Shown here in pieces: positions 1 through 9,090 of a stretch of DNA of 64,000 bases. A model generated the notes under the pieces. It worked only from the letters and a program-made list of their open reading frames with translations. It was not told the origin of the DNA and did no database searches. Source of the stretch: an uncultured Chloroflexia bacterium. Lineage in GTDB: Bacteria; Chloroflexota; Anaerolineae; JAAYZQ01. Positions within the stretch are counted from its first letter, which is position 1; each line of letters begins with the position of its first letter. The position numbers and the translations under genes were made by a program. The stretch is taken from assembly GCA_963700285.1 (NCBI GenBank), contig CAVOXA010000009.1, forward strand, positions 160,001 through 224,000. Direction: 5' to 3'.

Positions 1-554
1 AGCACTGCCAAGGTCAATGAGAAACCCGGGGTGATGATGGTCATCGCCAGGGCGTTGCGTAGGGCAAGCAGTATCTTTTCGCTCTCAAGTTCAAGGATCA
101 TGGGGAACCAGAATACCTGAACCAGCAACCAGAAGATGCCTACGATAATCCACAGGCTCACGGCAAAGTTGGTCCAGGTACCTTGCAGAGCCAGACCATA
201 GAATTGGATGTTCGCTACGATAAGGAGCCATACGACGAGGTTCATCAGGGCCACGATTAGGCTTTTCGCCCAGTAGCGCCGGATCCCAACGAAAAACGCG
301 CTCCAGCCAACGGACTTGCCCCGGCTGATTTGGTTCGTGATGAAACCGAGCGCTCCTGAAACGATGGGCAAGGGCAGGAGCAGCAGAAAGCTCAGGGCCA
401 GTGCCCAAAGTACATCCACCTCCCTCAGAATGAAGAGTGGTGCAATCGGGAGAAGGACGGCCAGGCTCCACACAAAGTTCAGTACTACCAGTAGCATGAA
501 TTCGTCCCAGAAATCCTTCAAGCTGAATTTGAGGATCTGCAGTGCGTCTGACAT
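1..554 (-). CDS. Membrane protein, DUF624/YesL-like (3' end outside window)
   Basis: Manual translation from ATG 554 (SD GGGAGG): MSDALQILKFSLKDFWDEFMLLVVLNFVWSL...FFVGIRRYWAKS...VFWFPMILE...LRNALAMTI. Multiple TM segments; missing from the ORF track because it runs off the window. Confidence 0.65.
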   Translation of the reverse strand, partial: MSDALQILKFSLKDFWDEFMLLVVLNFVWSLAVLLPIAPLFILREVDVLWALALSFLLLLPLPIVSGALGFITNQISRGKSVGWSAFFVGIRRYWAKSLIVALMNLVVWLLIVANIQFYGLALQGTWTNFAVSLWIIVGIFWLLVQVFWFPMILELESEKILLALRNALAMTIITPGFSLTLAV

Positions 555-599
555 CGCTCCTCCCAGGGCTGGCTGATGCGCGGGCGGTGGCTGGCTCTG

Positions 600-628
600 A
601 CTATAGCATATCCCGTTCCGGTTGTCAA
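600..628 (-). promoter_or_regulatory. Sigma70-type promoter for the DUF624-like gene
   Basis: Minus strand TTGACA-17 nt-TATAGT with TG extension. Confidence 0.7.
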
Positions 629-680
629 CGGGCATTTGCCGCGAAAGGCTGGACTCGCCGACGTTGCGACTTGGAAGCGT

Positions 681-709
681 TTGACAACTCTTGGGCAGCA
701 TGCTATACT
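681..709 (+). promoter_or_regulatory. Sigma70-type promoter for the ProRS-like gene
   Basis: TTGACA (681-686)-17 nt-TATACT (704-709) with TGn extended -10. Confidence 0.8.
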
Positions 710-715
710 TGGTGT

Positions 716-990
716 GGTCAGTAGGTCAGGACTGGGCTGAGGGGAGAGCTACTGTGTTCTCCCCTTCGTTTTCCTGGTACAACCGTGGCGGGGGGGTATT
801 AGGGTGTCCTGGGTACTGACTGTTCCATCCTTGGCCACGGTGGTAGCTAGCTTGGGCCGGCTTCTTGTGTGAAATGGTTTCCGGGCGCCTTCTTGGCCTG
901 GCTCGGCCCACGCGGATAGGGTCCGTTCGGAGGCTGGACTCGAACAAGTTTCGTACCGACTGGTTTGTGGTCAAGATGACCTGATCCCGA
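716..990 (+). ncRNA. Putative structured 5' leader RNA, family unassigned
   Basis: Begins at the predicted TSS. Stems: GTCAGTA/TACTGAC plus CAGGAC/GTCCTG, GAGGGGAGAGC/GTTCTCCCCTT, CCGTGGC/GCCACGG, TGGGCCGG/TCGGCCCA, GTTCG/CGAAC. Confidence 0.35.
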
Positions 991-1000
991 GGAGACACTC

Positions 1001-2569
1001 ATGCGCCTTTCCGTGTTATTTGGCAAAACTCTGCGCCAACCACCATCTGACGCCCACCTGCCCAGCCACCAACTTCTGGTACGGGCTGGCTACGTGCGGG
1101 CCGTGGACTCTGGCTTGTTTGCCTATCTGCCCTTGGGCTATCGTGTCTTGAATCGCTTGCAATCGTTGCTTGGGCGTGAACTCCAGGGTCTGAACGGCGA
1201 ACAGGTCAGCCTGCCCACATTGTCGAATGTGGAATCTACGGTGTCTTTGGTCGCGCTTGCGGGCCGGGAAATCGACTCCTATCGCCAGTTGCCCCAGGTG
1301 CTCTACCAGTCTGGGACACACACTATGGCTGAGTCCGGGTCGCGGGCTGGCCTGTTCGGCGCCAGCGAACGCCGTACGGTCGAGATCTTTGCGCTTGGGG
1401 ATGAAGAACTGGCCATCCAAGCGGACATTGCGGCTGCCATCGATGCGTTCCTGGCCGCCTGCGATCTGCAGACGACGTGGGCCCAAGGCGGCGACGGGGA
1501 GCAGCGGGCATACTTTGAGCATCCCGCCGGAGACGAGAACCTGGCAGGCTGTGTTGCCTGCGGCTATGCGGCCGAACGGAGTTGGGCGACCACGGACTGG
1601 CCCGAGATAGTCGACGAGCCGGAATTGCCGACTGAGGAGATCGAGACGCCTGGGTGCAATACCATTGCCAGCCTGGCAGACTTTTTGACTATTTCGCCCG
1701 CCCAGACACTCAAGATGGTGTTCTATTCGGTCGAGGGCCAGGTCACCTGCATCGTCATCCGTGGCGACCGGTCTGTGGACGAGGCCAAGCTGGCGCGCGT
1801 CCTGGGGACTGATTGGTACTATTCCAGCATGGAAGATGAATTGGAGGCGGTGGGGGCTGTGGGTGGCTATGCCTCGCCTATCGGCCTGGATAGTTCCCGC
1901 CTGCGGGTTGTGGCTGATCCGTCTGTGCGTTCTGGCAAGAACTATGTGAGTGGCGCCAACCGGCCAGACTATCACATTCGGAACGTCAATGTTCCCCGGG
2001 ATTTTCTTCCTGGCGAGTGGGCGGACGTGGCGCTGATAGAGTCGGGCGACCCTTGCCCGCGGTGCGGTGGTCCTCTTGAGGTTGGAACGGCTTTTGCCCT
2101 GGCCCACTGCGTGTCCCCAATACCCTGCAACCCGGAAGCCGAGTACTTGGATGTGGAAGGCCGGGGCCAACCCCTCTGGATGGGGAGCTGGCGGTTGGAC
2201 CTGGAACGAGTGCTGGCATCCATCATCGAAGTCAACCACGACGACTATGGAATCATCTGGCCCGCTCCGTGCTCCCCCTATGACGTGCACATGGTCGCTC
2301 TGGATGAGCGCACAGAAGCAGTGGCTGCCCAAGCAGCAGCGCTCTATGACCGGCTCAGAGATGAGGGTTTCTCTATACTCTATGATGACAGGAATGCCAG
2401 TGCAGGGGTCAAGTTTAACGATGCTGACTTGATAGGGATTCCTCTGCGTCTGACAGTCAGCAAGCGATCAGCAAATGAGGGACTCATTGAGGGCAAGTGG
2501 CGCAACAGCGCGGAGCGCCTCAAGCTGGACGAGATTGGCCTAGCCGCTGAGCTGGCCCGCCTTCGGTAG
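1001..2569 (+). CDS. Proline--tRNA ligase-like protein with degenerate catalytic core, intact INS editing and anticodon-binding domains
   Basis: ProRS N-terminus (SHQLLVRAGY, YLPLG, SYRQLP); INS motifs TLK, GYASP, GANRPDYH; C-terminal DDR..GVKFNDADLIGIP. Motif 2, motif 3 and the THEE loop are degenerate or missing. Confidence 0.85.
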   Translation: MRLSVLFGKTLRQPPSDAHLPSHQLLVRAGYVRAVDSGLFAYLPLGYRVLNRLQSLLGRELQGLNGEQVSLPTLSNVESTVSLVALAGREIDSYRQLPQVLYQSGTHTMAESGSRAGLFGASERRTVEIFALGDEELAIQADIAAAIDAFLAACDLQTTWAQGGDGEQRAYFEHPAGDENLAGCVACGYAAERSWATTDWPEIVDEPELPTEEIETPGCNTIASLADFLTISPAQTLKMVFYSVEGQVTCIVIRGDRSVDEAKLARVLGTDWYYSSMEDELEAVGAVGGYASPIGLDSSRLRVVADPSVRSGKNYVSGANRPDYHIRNVNVPRDFLPGEWADVALIESGDPCPRCGGPLEVGTAFALAHCVSPIPCNPEAEYLDVEGRGQPLWMGSWRLDLERVLASIIEVNHDDYGIIWPAPCSPYDVHMVALDERTEAVAAQAAALYDRLRDEGFSILYDDRNASAGVKFNDADLIGIPLRLTVSKRSANEGLIEGKWRNSAERLKLDEIGLAAELARLR

Positions 2570-2660
2570 CCGGGTCCAGGAATCCTCAAAGACGCAGTGG
2601 TGTCGTGTCGCTCCGCTTGGAGCCTATCGCTCGCAGCACAACGACCATCGGCCGGCAGGC

Positions 2661-3026
2661 ATGAAGCTCTCTTTTTTCGAACAGATATACCAGGTGGCGC
2701 AGCGCATCCCGCGGGGAAAGGTGGCCACTTACGGACAGATCGCCCGCCTGCTGGGCCAGCCGCGCGCGGCCCGAACCGTCGGTTGGGCGCTCCACTCCCT
2801 GCCTGAGGAGAAGGATGTGCCCTGGCAGAGGGTCATCAATTCCCGGGGCAAGGTCAGCCTGGGCGCCGACCGGCATGGGGCCACGCTGCAACGGGCGCTG
2901 CTGGAGGGCGAGGGTGTGGTTCTTGACGAGCAGGGGCGCGTCGATCTGGATGTCTACGGCTGGACTGGTCTGTCCCCATTGGAGATCAGGCAGATCCAGG
3001 AAGGTGTTGGTCACGAGAGCGTGTGA
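2661..3026 (+). CDS. Alkyltransferase-like (ATL/YbaZ-type) MGMT-family protein
   Basis: IPRGKVATYGQIA, ARTVGWAL, and PWQRV in place of catalytic PCHRV. Confidence 0.9.
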   Translation: MKLSFFEQIYQVAQRIPRGKVATYGQIARLLGQPRAARTVGWALHSLPEEKDVPWQRVINSRGKVSLGADRHGATLQRALLEGEGVVLDEQGRVDLDVYGWTGLSPLEIRQIQEGVGHESV

Positions 3027-3207
3027 TTGACATTCCCTCTGCTGTGGCTGCCCGGATGCGGGTCAGCGAATGACGCTTGTTCCAGACCGGTTGCGCTTTT
3101 GGCTCTGGTTTCTGGCGTTGTATTCGCGACAACACGGGCCGGACCGTTGGGCTGGCAGCGACGATCTGTGGTATAATCGCGGCCAGTTTATTTGGAGGTT
3201 GTCCCTT

Positions 3208-3537
3208 GTGAGTAAGCGAAAGAGGCAGAACAGAAGTACGAGCCAGAAGATCCTGTTGTTCATGAGCTTCATCATCGCGGGCAGCATGGTATTTAGCCTG
3301 GTGATTGTCGCCCTGCCGTCGGGACCTGCTTCCTCCCCGACCCCGGTCCCTACCTTGATGCTGAGCCCTTGGCCACCCCCGACGGAGCCATCTGCCCCAA
3401 CCGCTCTCCCGCCAACGTTGACTCCCGAATCCGCGCCAACCCTGGAAATGACCGCGCCGATCATTGGTCCCGCGCTGCCGACCGAGACGCCCACGCTGAC
3501 GGCAACGGTTACACCCACGCTGACAGTATCCGAATAG
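3208..3537 (+). CDS. Hypothetical membrane-anchored Pro/Thr-rich protein
   Basis: GTG 3208 after GGAGG; basic N-terminus, one TM segment, P/T-rich tail. Confidence 0.65.
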   Translation: MSKRKRQNRSTSQKILLFMSFIIAGSMVFSLVIVALPSGPASSPTPVPTLMLSPWPPPTEPSAPTALPPTLTPESAPTLEMTAPIIGPALPTETPTLTATVTPTLTVSE

Positions 3538-3625
3538 TATGACCTTTTGCCCTGGGGTCTGAGGTGAGGATTGTGGTTCGATTTGCGTGCGGCGTGTCCA
3601 GCACTGTGTGGGAGGGCTCGCCATC

Positions 3626-4111
3626 ATGGCACAGATAATCCACCGCATTCTGGTTCGTAAAGATCTTTGCAGTGGCTGCCGGGCCTGTGAAGTGGCCTGC
3701 GTGGCCCAGCACGAGGGGCGTTTCGGCACAGCGCTGGCTCGCATCCGGGTGACCAAGATAGAGCCCCTGGGCCTGGACCATCCTCATGTTTGCCGCCAGT
3801 GCCTGCGGGCGCCCTGTGCCGGGGCCTGTCCTACGGGGGCCCTGGTCCGGGACGAGATGACCAGTGCTATCCTCATACATCCCGACGACTGTATCGGCTG
3901 TTCGGCCTGCGTGGATGCTTGCCCCTTTGGCGCAGCCAGCCTGCACCCGGAGACCGGAGTGCCGCTGATCTGCGACCTGTGCCAGGGCGATCCTGCCTGC
4001 GTGAAACGCTGTGCAACTGGCGCGATCGTGTATGTCTCCGTGGAGTCGGGGCCGCAGGCAAAGCGGCAGAAGCTGACCATTCAGTACTTTGACGGCGGGA
4101 GTGAGGGGTAG
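3626..4111 (+). CDS. 4Fe-4S dicluster ferredoxin-like subunit (AOR-associated)
   Basis: CSGCRACEVAC, CRQC..PCAGACP, CIGCSACVDACP, CDLC..PACVKRC. Confidence 0.9.
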   Translation: MAQIIHRILVRKDLCSGCRACEVACVAQHEGRFGTALARIRVTKIEPLGLDHPHVCRQCLRAPCAGACPTGALVRDEMTSAILIHPDDCIGCSACVDACPFGAASLHPETGVPLICDLCQGDPACVKRCATGAIVYVSVESGPQAKRQKLTIQYFDGGSEG

Positions 4112-4121
4112 AAGGGCGCCC

Positions 4122-5999
4122 ATGTACAGCTATGGCGGCACAATCCTGCGCATCAACCTGACCGACGGTACCGTCGAGCGCCATCCTACCGAGGAAGGGC
4201 TGGCTCGCGCCTACCTGGGCGGCCGGGGGTTGAACGTGAAGCGCCTCTGGGATGAGCTGCCAGCCCACACCGATGGGCTTTCGCCGGAGAATATGCTGGT
4301 CTTTGGCGCAGGGCCTCTGGTTGGTACGACCTTCCCGGGGGGCGCCCGGTTTAACGTCAGCGCCATGTCTCCCCAGACCGGGAATCCTGGGCGACTCGAA
4401 TGCAGGGGGCTTCTGGGGCCCGGAACTCAAGTTTGCCGGCTATGACCAATTGATCATCACGGGCCGCGCGCAACATCCGGTCTACCTCTGGCTCAGGGAC
4501 GATGCTGTTGAGCTGCGGGACGCGAGGGCGCTGTGGGGCAAGGACGTGTGGGAGGCAACGGAAGCCATCCAGCGAGGAACTTGGCGATCCCGATGTCCAG
4601 GTAGCGACCATCGGCCAGGCGGCGGAGAATGGTGTGCGCTTTGCCGGCATTTTTGCGAACCTGAACCGCGCGGCGGCCCGCACGGGCATGGGTACGGTGA
4701 TGGCGTCCAAGAATCTCAAGGCAGTGGCTGTGCGTGGAACCAGGTCCTTTCCGGTGGCCGACATGGCTCGTTTTGGCGCAATCATCGAGCGGCTGGATGC
4801 ACTCATCTACAACCATCCCGAGTACGAGGTCCGCTGCCGGCTCGGCACGACCAAGCTCGTTCGCGCTCTGGACAGCATCGGCGGCCTGCCCACTCGCCAT
4901 TTCCAGCGCGGCCGCTTCGAGGAAGCCGACGCGGTGAGCGGCGAGGCGATTGAGGAACTGTACAAGGTCAAGAGCAAAGCCTGCTTTGCCTGTACCATCC
5001 CCTGCAGCCGTTTCTTGCGTATCGACGATCCGCGCTTCCCCGGCCTGCGCTTGGAGGGACCAGAGTTCGAGCCCCTGGCCGGCTTTACGGCGCGGGTTGG
5101 CAATGACGATCTGGCGCTGGCTCTGAAATGCGTGGACCTGGCCAACCGCTACGGCCTGGATGCCATTACGCTCAGCGAGGTGATCTCCTGGGCGATGGAG
5201 TGCCATCAGCGCGGGCTGTTGTCCCGCCAGGAGGCGGATGGACTGGACCTTGGCTGGGGCAATGGTGAGACGATCCTGGCCCTGATCCACAAGGTGGCCC
5301 ACCGCGAAGGGTTCGGCGACCTGCTGGCCGATGGCGTGAAAAAAGCGGCGGAGCGTCTGGGACGGGGCTCAGACGCGTTTGCCCTGCATGGCAAGGGTCT
5401 GGAGCTGTTCCAGGCAGACGTGCGGAGCATCAAGGCCTATGGTCTGGGCAATGCCGTGTCCAGCCGGGGGGCCGACCACCTGCGCTCGGAGCCCTGGTTC
5501 GAGTTCTCCAACGATCCGGAAGAGGGTATCCGCCGCTATGGCATCCCAGAGACGGCCTTCCGCCTGGAGTACAAGGGCAAGGGTCTGGTGGTCAAGCACT
5601 TTGAAGAGATGGCTGCCATTTCGGACGCCACCGGGGTGTGCAAGAATACCTACAACAACATGGAAGTCCTGGATTGGGATGGCACGGCCGAGCTGCTGCA
5701 GGCGGCCACCGGCTGGGACATGAGCGGCGAGGAGAGTACGGCAGATCGGCGAGCGCATTGTGAATCTGGAGCGGCTTTTCATCGCCCGCGAAGGCATCAC
5801 CCGCAAAGACGACACGCTGCCCGGCCGATTTCTGTCGGAGCCGCTGCCTGAGGGAAGTGGTCCCAGTACCGGGTCGATCCTGGAATTGGCCCCCATGTTG
5901 GACGAGTACTACCAAGCCCGGGGCTGGGACTTGGACACTGGCCTGCCGGCTGAAGAGAAACTAAGGGAGCTGGGGCTGTTGGCACCGGGAAGCGGCTGA
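4122..5999 (+). CDS. Aldehyde:ferredoxin oxidoreductase family (tungstopterin) protein; three apparent indels (~4380, ~4572, ~5733)
   Basis: ILRINLT, YLGGRG, SNAGG..GPELKFAGYD, IGQAAENGV, RTGMGTVMASKNLKA, C..C...C, GPEFE, DTLP.RF, LDEYY.ARGWD spread over four ORF pieces. Confidence 0.9.
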
Positions 6000-6117
6000 C
6001 CCCTGCAGCGCTGTCAAAAGCGCGCGGGGCAGGAGAACGGCCGCGCTGGCGGTTTCCAGCCGGGAAAGCGCGCCCGACGTGAAGGCGGGCGAGAGAGACA
6101 ATCTGGAGATCCTTTTC

Positions 6118-6774
6118 ATGTACGAACTGAAGGTAAGCGTGACCAAAGTTCTGGGGACATGCACTGCCGAGCCACCAATGGCACCGGGAGACCATTTTAC
6201 CGTGTGCGACGGAAGCATCAGGATTCCCGAGGGCGGCTACATCTGTCTCTATGCCTTGCAGAGTCTCATACCGCTCATCACGCCCAAGGAGCGAGAGATC
6301 GCTGAAGAAAGAGATCGGGACTGGATGTGGCGCGTACACCATGCCCAGTGCCCGGACCCGAACGGACGTGTGATCTTGAAGATCGAACGGACAGGCAAGT
6401 TGAAGGAAGGGCGTACGGGTGCTGAGCAACCGGGCGCCGCTCAGGGTGTCAGCTTGGGCCAGATTTCGGTGAACGAGTCAGGCGGGCTCCACGATCTGCG
6501 CGTTGTTGTGGAGGAGGTCAAAGGCAAGTGTACCTCGGGGATGAGCCCGGGGGACTATTTTGTCCTGCGCAGCGGCCGGCTCTACCTTCCCGCGGGCCGC
6601 CACTTTTGTCTCTATGCCTTGCAGGCGGCCCTGCCGCTTTTGCCGGCCAAACAGCGTCCTCTGGAGGATGGGGACTGGCTGAAGGCGGACAGCCACGTCA
6701 TCTGTCCCGATCCGGCAGGCAATGTCATCATGCGTATCGAGCCAATCTCGGGGTCTATGCAAACTGATGGTTGA
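6118..6774 (+). CDS. Tandem two-domain TIGR04076-family protein
   Basis: Two copies of LxVxVxxVxGxC...M.PGD.F...CLYAL..L.P...CPDP.G.VI..IE. Confidence 0.75.
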   Translation: MYELKVSVTKVLGTCTAEPPMAPGDHFTVCDGSIRIPEGGYICLYALQSLIPLITPKEREIAEERDRDWMWRVHHAQCPDPNGRVILKIERTGKLKEGRTGAEQPGAAQGVSLGQISVNESGGLHDLRVVVEEVKGKCTSGMSPGDYFVLRSGRLYLPAGRHFCLYALQAALPLLPAKQRPLEDGDWLKADSHVICPDPAGNVIMRIEPISGSMQTDG

Positions 6775-6887
6775 GATCTGGTGGTCGAGGTTTGGCATCG
6801 ATGGCGCAAAAAGCCAACGGCTGGAGCCACAGCTTTCATCCTGCCCGGCCTGTGACGTACCGCCGCGGCTTTGCCCATCGATGTAGG

Positions 6888-8126
6888 TCACCCGTCTATT
6901 CCGTACACCCTCGTGTCAGGATAAAAGTCCTTCCAGCCGAACCAGAAAGAATTGGTGCTTTTGAGCCGGGTCAGGCGCTCGCCAGCCAGCGGGCCACCGG
7001 TTGCCATTCCGGTCAGGCCCTGCCAGGTGCTTCCCGTCTCGGCATCGGTCAGGGTCAGTCTCGCCGGGTCGCTGAGTGAGAAGGTGAGGGTTTGGTCCCC
7101 CACTTGGCGGTCAAAGACGGCAGTGGACAACTGGTCCTCGCCAAACACGACCAGCACTGGCGTATCGCCAATCTCGTCATTGACCACTGGCTCGAGGCTC
7201 AGCACGCTAAAGGGGTAGGCTACGGCCTCATCCTCCAGCGCGACGCCCACGACGAACTGCTTGGTCGGCAGGCGGTTGTCCTGGTACGTCTCACCGATGA
7301 CGCCGGCCTGGCCCGATTGATAGTAGGAGCCGTAGGGATCCCTGCTCCCGGTGTAGCCCTTCACCAGGGCCACTGTGTCGGGGTAACGGGTCTTCCATTC
7401 ACCCCACGTTGTTATGGCCGAGGGAAAGAACTCCAGTTTGGTGCCTTTGAGTTCGCCCTCTACCGCTTCGCCCAGCAGTTGGCTCCACAGCGACTCGGTC
7501 TGCCGGTCATACATGACCAGCACATTCATGATCAGTTTGCCGCTGACGCCAAAAGTAACCTCCTGGCCATCAATCTCTCGGGAATACACGATTCCCGTGA
7601 AGCAGAGTGGTCACCATGTGACCGAGATGGGGCGTCCTGCCAGCGTGTCGTTGACAATCTCGTGTGCCGACAGCAGGCCAACAGAGTAGGCCCGGGCCTC
7701 GTCGTCCAGCTCGACGCCCAAGACCAATTCCTCGGGACCGTATTCTTTGTCAGCCTCCTGGGTGCCATAGAACTTGGGGTCGTCGATGGAGGGGATGGCA
7801 TCAGGCGGCAGCAGGGTGACGATCTTATAGCCGAGTTCATCCCCTGCTAGAGTCGCCGTCGGTTCGACCTGGGCTTCCGCCGGCTCGGAACGCGTTGCCG
7901 TTGGCTCAGCGCTCGTCGCTGTTGGGTCCGGATTCGTGCCTATTGGCTCCGCCGTATCGGTGGGTCTGCTGGTCTTGGTTGGCGATGGTGGATCTGTCGC
8001 TGTCGCGCTCGCGGCGGTCCGTTGTACGGCTGCCTGTTCGTCAGATACCGCGCTTCCGCAAGCTGCCAGCAGAAGCAGCGCGACCATACTGAACGCCAGT
8101 GTGCTGGCGCGCGTTCCTATTCTCAC
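6888..8126 (-). CDS. DUF3179-family lipoprotein, selenoprotein (UGA 7611-7613 read as Sec)
   Basis: ORFs 7611..8126 and 6888..7589 are in frame and join as SVTW-U-PLCFTG. DAIPSIDDP, GVSGKL..N.L.MYDRQTESLWSQ, FWFGW; lipobox LAAC; hairpin 3' of the UGA. Confidence 0.85.
7575..7613 (-). promoter_or_regulatory. Putative bacterial SECIS element
   Basis: UGA followed 13 nt later by a perfect CGGGAAU-CGUGU-AUUCCCG hairpin, with possible lower-stem CUCU/AGAG pairing. Confidence 0.7.
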
Positions 8127-8313
8127 TGTCGTTGAAACCTCCCTTCGTGAGCAACCTCTTGATGGGCTTGTCCGCTTCTACACCTTTAGACAGAGTTCGT
8201 GCATGGAATCTTACCTTGAAGACGGCTGTTCACGATTGTTCAGGTGTTGGAGGAAGGTAGAGCCTGTATCGCCGGGCGGCAGGGGGGCAACTTGCGGCAG
8301 GGCCGGGCAGAGA

Positions 8314-9079
8314 TCAACGAACCACCCAATCTCCCTGGAGACGCCTTGTCGGCCACAGCAGCAGCAGGATGACGATCATAAAGACTGCATCGGCAGCCAG
8401 TGTCAGTGCAAAGGCGGTGGCGAGATAGCCGGCAATGGCATTCACGACCTGCACGATATCCTCGGGGATGGTGGGCACGCCGCCGACGATTAGCAGAATG
8501 GTAGCTGCAATCCCAAGGAATATCAGCACGGGACGTACGGCGGCCATGTCAGACTCGCTGGGAAGCATCGCGTTGGAAATGGCAAAGATGAGATAAAGCC
8601 ACAGCCAGAAGTCGGGCACCCGCACGGCTTGTTCCAGCGCGGCCACAATCCCTTCCCACCCGCTGCTCGGCTACCGTCTGGGCCAGGTTTCCGACATCCA
8701 GCACCAGCATGCCGATCAGGAGAATGATGGCTGTCCCACCCAGCAGTGGAGCCAGCCCAATGAGGCTGGCACGCAGGGGGTCTACGGCCGCCACCCGTAC
8801 CGAGCCCAGGGTCACGCGCCGGCTCCGCGCCTTGCGTACCGGGCCGATGGACAGCTTGCCGACGCGCACGCCCAGGATCTTGGCCATCAACCAATGGCTC
8901 AGCTCGTGGACCACGACGCCGGGCAGGACGATGACAAAGTAGAGGACCAGGGCCACGTCGGGGTCGCCCACCCAGCGTATGCTTAGCTCCTGCAGATTGC
9001 GCGTAATCAAGCGCTTAGCCAGGAGAAGAGGTAGAAGGGTAGCGACCAGGGCAATGAGAGGTGTCCAGGTGGTAGCCAT
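8314..9079 (-). CDS. Membrane HEXXH metalloprotease-like protein (M50-like); indel near 8650
   Basis: LPGVVVHELSH, LIGLAP, LIFAISNAMLPSESD; multiple TM segments. Confidence 0.7.
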
Positions 9080-9090
9080 TCTGTACCTGC

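Noticed and set aside
830-862. T-box riboswitch upstream of the ProRS-like gene
   Set aside because: Only GGTGGTA matches. There is no ACCGCG, no foldable antiterminator/terminator pair and no clear stem I motif order, so it is kept only as an unassigned leader.
1016-2332. Long antisense ORFs (also 42169-43455, 49399-50685, 60863-61960, 23329-24273)
   Set aside because: Shadow frames of GC-rich genes, with no motifs or translation signals.
2661-3026. Inactive MGMT as a novel pseudo-enzyme partnered with the dead ProRS
   Set aside because: Trp in place of Cys defines the known ATL family; adjacency alone does not support a link.
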